A DNA stretch of 32,000 bases from Geotalea uraniireducens Rf4 (GTDB lineage: Bacteria; Desulfobacterota; Desulfuromonadia; Geobacterales; Geobacteraceae): assembly GCF_000016745.1 (NCBI RefSeq), contig NC_009483.1, positions 3,360,001-3,392,000 on the forward strand, written 5' to 3'. Below are positions 25,898-32,000 of this stretch, piece by piece (the first letter of the stretch is position 1; each line of letters opens with the position of its first letter). Below the pieces are notes generated by a model, which was not told the origin of the DNA, searched no databases, and saw only the letters and a list, made by a program, of their open reading frames with translations. Both the position numbers and the translations under genes were made by a program.

Positions 25898-27511
25898 ATG
25901 GAGGAAATTGATAAACTCAGCAGCGAGAATAAATCATTATTTCCAGGGTTAGCCATATTCGAAAACGATTACGCACATGCCCTCATACATTTGGCATGGT
26001 ATCGCGAAGATAAGAAACGATTTCTTGTCTTTGGAATGGTTGAATTGTTCCCCGCTGAGTTCCCTCCCCCGGAGCCGTCGGGAAAAATGTCTCTGTCCAC
26101 AATAAATTTCGGAAGACAGCATGATTTGAATATCCAGCGAGTTGTCATATCTTCAAAAGATGCTTTGTCTTGGTATCTGGAGTGCCGCAACACATCTATT
26201 ACTATTCCTGCAGCGTTTGGAGAGAAGTTAGCAGGGAAAGCCCTTCAAACTAGTCCTTTAGCAGAAGAGCCATCGTGGTCACATCTGATAACGAGCAATG
26301 ATCTTCCGTTTCATTGTTGGAGTGTTGTCCGCGCTCATCATCTTATTCAAGAAAATGTCCCTGAAGAAATCAGTAAGCTATTTACCAGCACCGAAATTAT
26401 CTGTTGGCTGAAAGACAAACTTTTCTTCGATTTACAGAATTATCAGGAATGGAAAGGCTCTCTTCATCTTATTGCCCCCAATCCCGTTTTCCGTTTATTT
26501 CACCAGAGGCTTGGTATAACTGAAAACGGTTTCGAATCGAGCGATTGTCACATAGAACCGCGAGCAGGTCGTGACTTAGCTGCGCTTGATTTGTATCTGT
26601 CAGAACGCCATCCTACCGGGATCGTATCGTTTTGTAGAAAGGAAATAACGGAACCTTATTTTTCACTCCCCCATGTCGAGCATACAGAAAAAGTGGAATA
26701 TCTGATCCATTCGAAACAATATGGGGTATTGGACTGGCATGAACCGGTTTCTTTCCTGCGAAGCATCCAATTTCAATCAAATCTCATTACCGGCAAAAAG
26801 ATAGTCAATGTCCCCGATAATCGGGGAGAGAGCTATGAGGTGCCACAACTTTCGGCGGCGTCATCGGGGATTGTGGGTGAGCGGGAACCGGCATCTCCAA
26901 TTACCTCACATCTTCGTAAACATGAAGCGATGCGGAAGCGCCGTAAGGAATCAGAACGTCTGGGTCAGAAATGGTTTCACGGGAACCAAGAAGAGGCCAC
27001 GATTTTTGTTAGAGAGCTTATCAAGAATGCGAAAAGAAGGGTATTTATTGTTGATCCATACTTTGCCACGGTGGAGCTTTTTAGCTTTGCCTTTGCAACC
27101 AGCCGGTCCGAGATAGAAGTTGTTATATTGACGGCAGCCAAAGACAACCTGATGAATAAGGACAGGGCTGATTCAAACCGTGATGCAGGCGAGGTTCTCC
27201 TTTCGCAAGTTCAGGCATATAGGCAGAATGGAAAGATTAAAGTCTTTGTCATGACGGGGAGTCCGCCGGCAGTGCATGACCGTTTTCTGGTTGTGGACAA
27301 CGATGTCTGGCTTTCGGGAAATTCGCTGCATACCATTGGGAAAAGGGCTGGAACGATGATCAAGCTCCCATGTCCTGATGAGGTGGCAAAGAACTTGGAG
27401 AATATCCTGACTAGTGATCGAGTCAAGCCTCTTGAACAGTGGGTACTAGATCGCCGTTCGAACAAAGGCATTGAACTCGAGAGTTCAGAACGCAAGGACT
27501 CTTCTCAATGA
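25898..27511 (+). CDS. Hypothetical 537 aa protein: unknown N-terminal region of about 350 aa plus a C-terminal PLD-superfamily-like domain with Arg in the Lys position (H-x-R-x4-D-x6-G)
   Basis: GGAGAG SD 8 nt upstream. C-terminus: RRVFIVDPYFATVEL...EVVILTAAKD...VHDRFLVVDNDVWLSGNSLHTIGKRA. The spacing of H, R, D and G equals the canonical HxK(x)4D(x)6G of PLD/Nuc enzymes. The stop overlaps the next start (ATGA at 27508-27511). Confidence 0.75.
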   Translation: MEEIDKLSSENKSLFPGLAIFENDYAHALIHLAWYREDKKRFLVFGMVELFPAEFPPPEPSGKMSLSTINFGRQHDLNIQRVVISSKDALSWYLECRNTSITIPAAFGEKLAGKALQTSPLAEEPSWSHLITSNDLPFHCWSVVRAHHLIQENVPEEISKLFTSTEIICWLKDKLFFDLQNYQEWKGSLHLIAPNPVFRLFHQRLGITENGFESSDCHIEPRAGRDLAALDLYLSERHPTGIVSFCRKEITEPYFSLPHVEHTEKVEYLIHSKQYGVLDWHEPVSFLRSIQFQSNLITGKKIVNVPDNRGESYEVPQLSAASSGIVGEREPASPITSHLRKHEAMRKRRKESERLGQKWFHGNQEEATIFVRELIKNAKRRVFIVDPYFATVELFSFAFATSRSEIEVVILTAAKDNLMNKDRADSNRDAGEVLLSQVQAYRQNGKIKVFVMTGSPPAVHDRFLVVDNDVWLSGNSLHTIGKRAGTMIKLPCPDEVAKNLENILTSDRVKPLEQWVLDRRSNKGIELESSERKDSSQ

Positions 27512-27939
27512 AACTACCGCAGAACAGGCTAACTGATATCGGCTCGATACCTTCACCTTCAGCGAAGGTTATCGAGCGGCCTGAGTTAATTTGGCCATCA
27601 ATCCCCGATAGCATTGATGTCGAAAATGTCAAGGAACACGACCGGTTTACGGCCCCTGATCATTGGATCATCAAAACGCGCCGAGAATTTTCAGATGCTT
27701 GTAAAAGGGAAGAATCCCCTGGGCTTGGTTGTGGCTTGTTTTGGGAAAAACTCCAGGAATCTGAACAGATATTGATACTCGACAAACATTTCGACAAACA
27801 AGCCATGATCACGCTACGAGAAAGGCTTCGTGGTGGTAGGATGAAGATTCAGGACTTGCGTATCATCACTTCAGATGATGGTGCTCGCGACCTGTTTTCA
27901 GATATTGCCAGATTAAATACCGAAGGTGATTGGTTGTAA
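27508..27939 (+). CDS. Hypothetical 143 aa protein: N-terminal part of a small paralog of the upstream PLD-like domain (apparently frame-disrupted)
   Basis: Contains EHDRFTAPDHWII (first HDRF motif). Its ILILDKHFDK...LRIITSDDG aligns by eye with RVFIVDPYFAT...VVILTAAKD of the 537 aa protein. It ends at TAA 27937-27939, just before the expected second motif. Confidence 0.6.
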   Translation: MKLPQNRLTDIGSIPSPSAKVIERPELIWPSIPDSIDVENVKEHDRFTAPDHWIIKTRREFSDACKREESPGLGCGLFWEKLQESEQILILDKHFDKQAMITLRERLRGGRMKIQDLRIITSDDGARDLFSDIARLNTEGDWL

Positions 27940-28150
27940 GTCATATAAACGGCATGACAAACAATTTGACATATTTCATGATCGTTTTGCCGTAAATAAT
28001 GATGAGCTATGGCATTTTGGCGGCACCGTAGGCGGCATCCAAACTGACCTTACAGCTGTAAGCCGTGGATGGAATGCTGTATTTCGGAATTTTATTGATC
28101 TCTTTGATCGAGTCTGGAACGCTCTTTATATGCCTGGGGGACGGAAATGA
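27926..28150 (+). CDS. Hypothetical 74 aa fragment: C-terminal part of the same paralog, in the +1 frame
   Basis: Carries FHDRFAVNNDELWHFGGTVGG, the counterpart of VHDRFLVVDNDVWLSGNSLHT. It has only a GTG start with no spaced SD. Its frame is open back to 27917. Its stop overlaps the next start (ATGA at 28147-28150). Confidence 0.5.
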   Translation: MIGCKSYKRHDKQFDIFHDRFAVNNDELWHFGGTVGGIQTDLTAVSRGWNAVFRNFIDLFDRVWNALYMPGGRK

Positions 28151-30186
28151 AGGATGCTCGCCTAGTGGCGAATTATCAATATGCTCAGAAGCTGGATGCC
28201 AATATTGTTGATGGCAAGACTGTGATCCAAGAGTCTTGGTTTGAACAGGCTGTTGCGGCCATCGTCAAGACCCCTTTACTAATGACCTTCGAGAGCAGAC
28301 TTGAGTCGTGTCAAGACTTTGAGAAATTTGTTGAACAAATTGAGAAGTCTGACAGAAATGAATTGCCGGGCCAAGCCGTTGCAATCATAGAACAATTGCC
28401 AACTGGTTTTCCAGATGAGCTAGACGCAGTATCGAGTGGAGACCATGAGGCATCAAACCATGCAGCGTGGGTGTGGGGTAGCGCGCTTGCTCGTATTTGT
28501 GCCGGTTCAAATTCCATTAAAGAATTACTGGAAGCTGGCTGGCGCCTTGCAGGGCATGAAGTTGCGGCAGAGGCATTTCTAGAAGGAGTCACTTCCGCGC
28601 TTGTCCGAGAAAATGCAGATTGCGTACATGCAGCTTTGAATGACTTGGTTGACAACATTGCCGAACAACCGGAGCTGTGCGTTTATTCGAGCGAGCGGGA
28701 GCGCTTTTGTCAAGCGGTAGAGGATTGGAAAGAGGAAGCAGATCTTTCTAAGGTCTGGTCTCTGAATGCTTTCGAATACTTCCCCGTTTACTGTGAGTCG
28801 ATAGGTGTGCTTGAAGCAGTTCGAAGAAGTGATCCTTCTCAATATTTGAAGTTGTTGGAGCTAACTGCTCTACCGCCAGCGATAGAAAATGCCTTCAGAA
28901 GACTCGATATCTTTTACGATTTTGATGTGATTTTACAGCTACTGTCTGTTGCGCCCTCAATACTTGAACCCGATGGCAACAACCGGGTTTGGAATCGAAA
29001 ACTGACCGCTCCGATACTTCTAAATAAAGGATTGGAGCATATAAGAGATCTTGCTGATGTCATATTTCGTACAAACGATGAAGAGCGGGACAAGGCAGAA
29101 TCGATACGTGATCGGGAAGCTCATTCGCTTTTATGCCGTCTGACGGAGGCGCTGCTCGGGCGACAAGATGGGACATTTCTGGCAGTTCACTGGATGTGCC
29201 ATTTGATCGGAACGAACGGTCCAAAACCATGGAGCAATACCGACCGCTGGACACCGATTCCAAGCACCATCGAAGCAGTGGCATCAGGTTTACATTCGAA
29301 GGGAATACAACTTGAAGACATTGTTAACCTCTTTCCAAAGTATGCCATTCCGAAAGGTGACGATCTAATAAAGCTACATCAAAGTGGAATCGGCGATCTT
29401 GACCGACATGCGAAACCTTCTGGGTTGGATATATTGTTGGCCTATCTTTGGATCATCAATCAAGCCGATACCGAGATTTCGTTGAAAGACGAAATGACGT
29501 TGAATTTTTTTGAAACCTTGCTTGTTCGGCAGGATGGTGGTTTGTACATTGCTATCCCTGAAGCCTGCCCGACTGTCCGTGAATATTATCCTGCCCTACT
29601 CTATGCCACACATGACCATCCGGTTGAAACTTGGAGCAAGAGTTGGGCATTGCTGTCTGAGCAGCGCCGACTATTCCGGCACCGCTGGTCTGACGATACA
29701 GTACCACGCTCCGAGGACCCTAGCTTCTGTCTGGCAAATATTGGTCTTGCCACAGTTGACTGGCTGATTTCTCCGGAGGTCGCCAACTTTGACCAAGCAC
29801 TCCCCCTGTGGAGAACTATTTTTGACGCCGTCTTCAACGTTGTAATTACTCCACCATCCTTCAACAATGATCACTGGCGTAACCTTATCGCAAAACTCTT
29901 CAGCAGGTTGCCGCTTGTATCAACACCTTCAGATCGCTCCTCCATTGTTGTTGAATATTTACTTCGTTTAGGTGGTGATGACGAGCTGTTCATCTGGTGT
30001 TTGGCGAATGCCTGCCAAAATGGTGCGTTGATCAGTGATGTTGCTCTGACAATTAAACATTCAGGTGCAGACTTGAGAAACCGCATGGATGCCTATATCA
30101 AATGGGAGGGTCGAGACAGTAACCGAAGAAAGAATGACAAGGTGATGGAGGTATGCCAGAACCTGCTTCAGCAATTACAGCCATAA
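28147..30186 (+). CDS. Hypothetical 679 aa protein, apparently all-alpha, with no recognisable catalytic motif
   Basis: Long ORF with no competing ORFs of comparable length. Translationally coupled to the upstream gene. I found no Walker A, HKD, HNH, DEAD or TM segments by eye. Confidence 0.75.
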   Translation: MKDARLVANYQYAQKLDANIVDGKTVIQESWFEQAVAAIVKTPLLMTFESRLESCQDFEKFVEQIEKSDRNELPGQAVAIIEQLPTGFPDELDAVSSGDHEASNHAAWVWGSALARICAGSNSIKELLEAGWRLAGHEVAAEAFLEGVTSALVRENADCVHAALNDLVDNIAEQPELCVYSSERERFCQAVEDWKEEADLSKVWSLNAFEYFPVYCESIGVLEAVRRSDPSQYLKLLELTALPPAIENAFRRLDIFYDFDVILQLLSVAPSILEPDGNNRVWNRKLTAPILLNKGLEHIRDLADVIFRTNDEERDKAESIRDREAHSLLCRLTEALLGRQDGTFLAVHWMCHLIGTNGPKPWSNTDRWTPIPSTIEAVASGLHSKGIQLEDIVNLFPKYAIPKGDDLIKLHQSGIGDLDRHAKPSGLDILLAYLWIINQADTEISLKDEMTLNFFETLLVRQDGGLYIAIPEACPTVREYYPALLYATHDHPVETWSKSWALLSEQRRLFRHRWSDDTVPRSEDPSFCLANIGLATVDWLISPEVANFDQALPLWRTIFDAVFNVVITPPSFNNDHWRNLIAKLFSRLPLVSTPSDRSSIVVEYLLRLGGDDELFIWCLANACQNGALISDVALTIKHSGADLRNRMDAYIKWEGRDSNRRKNDKVMEVCQNLLQQLQP

Positions 30187-30251
30187 ACGCAAGAAAATTT
30201 ATTACTCTCCATGCCCATAAAAACACTTGCATAGGAAGCGAGAAACATCGC

Positions 30252-30884
30252 ATGAATAAAAAACTCACCATCATGGTCTCCTCTTCGGTCTACGGCATCG
30301 AGGAACTGCTGGACCGGATTTATACATTGCTGACCGCCTTCGGTTTCGAGGTCTGGATGTCGCACAAGGGGACGGTCCCGGTGTTCTCGAACCGTTCCGC
30401 CTTTGACAACTGCCTTGCGGCCGTGGAGAAATGCGACCTCTTCCTCGGGCTGATCACGCCTTATTACGGCAGCGGGAAGGATGAGGACGGTATCTCCATC
30501 ACCCATTTCGAGCTGCGCAGGGCCATCGAACTCAAGAAACCTCGCTGGCTTCTGGCCCATGACCACGTGGTGTTTGCCCGTACGTTGTTGAACAACCTGG
30601 GCCATGAAGGAAAAGAAAAACGCGGGAGATTGAAACTGAAGAAGAACAACGTCATTGACAACCTGCGCGTAATCGATATGTACGAAGAAGCGATCCTTTC
30701 GGAGAAACTCTTACGCGACAGACATGGCAACTGGGTTCAAAAATTCAGCACCGATGACGACGCGGCGCTGTTTGCCACGGCGCAGTTTTCCCGCTATCAG
30801 GAAGTGGAGGCGTTCGTGCAAGAGAACTTCAATGATAAAGATCATATCTCCCTGTCGCTCAAGGAACGTGGAGGCCGCCCATGA
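30252..30884 (+). CDS. DUF4062 domain protein
   Basis: The ORF track gives 30153..30884. I prefer ATG 30252 (MNKKLTIMVSSSVYGIEELLDRIYTLLTAFGFEVWMSH...CDLFLGLITPYYGSGKD..GISITHFELRRAIELKKPRWLL). This is the DUF4062 pattern: a beta-strand directly at the N-terminus, then S.VY.LEE.R, an acidic/Cys residue before the second hydrophobic strand, then YG...G.S.TH.E...A. Confidence 0.7.
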   Translation: MNKKLTIMVSSSVYGIEELLDRIYTLLTAFGFEVWMSHKGTVPVFSNRSAFDNCLAAVEKCDLFLGLITPYYGSGKDEDGISITHFELRRAIELKKPRWLLAHDHVVFARTLLNNLGHEGKEKRGRLKLKKNNVIDNLRVIDMYEEAILSEKLLRDRHGNWVQKFSTDDDAALFATAQFSRYQEVEAFVQENFNDKDHISLSLKERGGRP

Positions 30885-32000
30885 AGCCGGAAAAGCTAAG
30901 GGAACTTCTCCTTCTTGGCGAAAGCCAGCATGTGGAATTCAAGTCGCAGTGCCGGAATCCGGATGTTGTCGGGACTGCGGTGTGCGGGTTTCTCAATACC
31001 GGCGGCGGCTCCGTTGTCTGCGGCGTTGATAGCAAGGGAAACATCCGGGACATTGATAAGCCAAATGAAGTCGTGATCATGCTGGAACAGGCACTGCAAG
31101 GCGTATCTCCCAAGGCGCTGGTTTCCATCTCTGTTCATGAGGTTGAAGGAAAGCCTTTGATCGTTGCCGAAGCGCCAGCCGGTCAGGATATTCCCTATGC
31201 GTTCAACAATGTGATCTACATCCGTGAGGGGGCGCATACCAAAGCGGCCGACGTGGAAACCATCCGGGACATGGTGCTTCGCAAATCGGTGGAACCGGAA
31301 CGATGGGAAAGACGGTTTTCCACCGCCGAGCCTGAAAGCGATGTCGACCTGCAGGAAATCAGTAGAACCGTTACCGCGATCCTGAAAATACGTCGTACTT
31401 TTTTCAGGGATACGGCAAATCCCCTCATGGTTCTGGAGGACCTTTCCGTGGCCAAGTATGGCCGTCTTACCCAGGGGGGGGATGTCCTGTTCTGCAAGAA
31501 TCCGGCTGCCCGCTTTCCCCAGGTTCGGGTTCGGGCCGCATGTTTCACCCAGGACAAGGCCAGTGATACCTTCCGGGATATGAAGTCGTTCGAGGGGCCG
31601 CTCGTATCCGTGCTCGAACAGCTCTTCGATTTCATCATTCGCAACACCGCGACAGTATCTCGGTTCAGAAAGACTATTCTAGAGCGTCAGGATGAGTCCC
31701 TCTACCCTTCGGAAGCAATCCGGGAAGCCTTGGTCAATGCGTTCGCCCATCGCGACTATGCCGACTTTTCCGGCGGCATTACAGTACATATCTATCCCGA
31801 CCGGCTGGAGATATGGAACTCAGGCAACCTGCCCGAGGGCATTACGCTGGACACGCTGGCAAAAGGGCATCTATCGGTTCTCAGGAACCCGGACATCGCA
31901 CATGTGCTTTATCTGCGCGGTCTTATGGAAAAACTCGGCCGCGGCAGCATCCTTATTCTTCAGGCATGCGCAGAGCGGGGGCTTCCCAAGCCCACATGGC
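30881..32000 (+). CDS. Schlafen/AlbA_2 domain plus HATPase_c_4 (RecG-C-terminal-like) putative DNA-binding protein; the 3' end runs off the window
   Basis: Absent from the ORF track because it is open to the window edge. My translation from ATG 30881 (overlapping the DUF4062 stop as ATGA) reads MKPEKLRELLLLGESQHVEFKSQCRNPDVVGTAVCGFLNTGGGSVVCGVD...PLIVAEAPAGQDIPYAF...IYIREGAHT (AlbA_2 pattern), then ...PSEAIREALVNAFAHRDYADFSGGITVHIYPDRLEIWNSGNLPEGITLD...RNPDIAHVLYLRGLMEKLGRG (HATPase_c_4 pattern). Confidence 0.8.
   Translation, partial: MKPEKLRELLLLGESQHVEFKSQCRNPDVVGTAVCGFLNTGGGSVVCGVDSKGNIRDIDKPNEVVIMLEQALQGVSPKALVSISVHEVEGKPLIVAEAPAGQDIPYAFNNVIYIREGAHTKAADVETIRDMVLRKSVEPERWERRFSTAEPESDVDLQEISRTVTAILKIRRTFFRDTANPLMVLEDLSVAKYGRLTQGGDVLFCKNPAARFPQVRVRAACFTQDKASDTFRDMKSFEGPLVSVLEQLFDFIIRNTATVSRFRKTILERQDESLYPSEAIREALVNAFAHRDYADFSGGITVHIYPDRLEIWNSGNLPEGITLDTLAKGHLSVLRNPDIAHVLYLRGLMEKLGRGSILILQACAERGLPKPTW

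Noticed and set aside
29650-29690. HEPN-like Rx4H (RRLFRH) in the 679 aa protein
   Set aside because: A six-residue pattern like this occurs by chance in a protein of this size. There is no surrounding HEPN helical signature I can verify by eye.
30153-30251. N-terminal extension of the DUF4062 ORF (track start 30153, overlapping the 679 aa gene)
   Set aside because: The extension (MPEPASAITAINARKFITLHAHKNTCIGSEKHR) overlaps the end of the upstream gene and precedes the point where the domain's first beta-strand normally begins. ATG 30252 is more plausible.

Overview
This 32 kb window looks like a high-GC Geobacter/Desulfuromonadales-type chromosome; that assignment is inferred from gene content and repeat style only. 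It splits into two parts.

**Backbone, 1-22.6 kb.** These are ordinary housekeeping genes, mostly on the minus strand:
- a partial ADP-forming acyl-CoA synthetase, followed by a 2-oxoacid dehydrogenase E2 / E1-beta / E1-alpha operon
- a small membrane protein, an SRPBCC protein, and a sensor with PAS domains but no output domain
- a TPR protein, GAF-PtsP (EI-Ntr), a LemA lipoprotein and pyruvate carboxylase
- a parvulin PPIase, and a DUF1450 + ferritin pair with Fur boxes upstream
- a PHP-phosphoesterase/APH-kinase fusion, an SPFH/NfeD pair, and a sigma-54 response regulator

The backbone intergenic regions hold several repeat types: two heptanucleotide tandem arrays, REP-like palindromes, and a roughly 195 bp insertion-like element.

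**Accessory island, about 22.6 kb to the window end.** All genes are on the plus strand, and I saw no integrase or tRNA. It opens with a 169 bp palindromic MITE-like element with perfect 22 bp termini. Three modules follow:
1. A high-GC trio of uncharacterised genes (23080-25792).
2. A sharply AT-richer, translationally coupled operon (25898-30186). It encodes a 537 aa protein with a C-terminal PLD-like H-x-R-x4-D-x6-G motif, a small paralog carrying the same HDRF motif that is split by a +1 frame change, and a 679 aa protein with no motif I can recognise.
3. A coupled DUF4062 plus Schlafen/AlbA_2-HATPase_c_4 gene pair (30252 to beyond 32000).

Module 2, possibly acting together with module 3, is my best candidate for an undescribed system, most likely phage defence or another conflict system.

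All protein assignments come from motifs read by eye in the supplied or hand-made translations. No database search was run.
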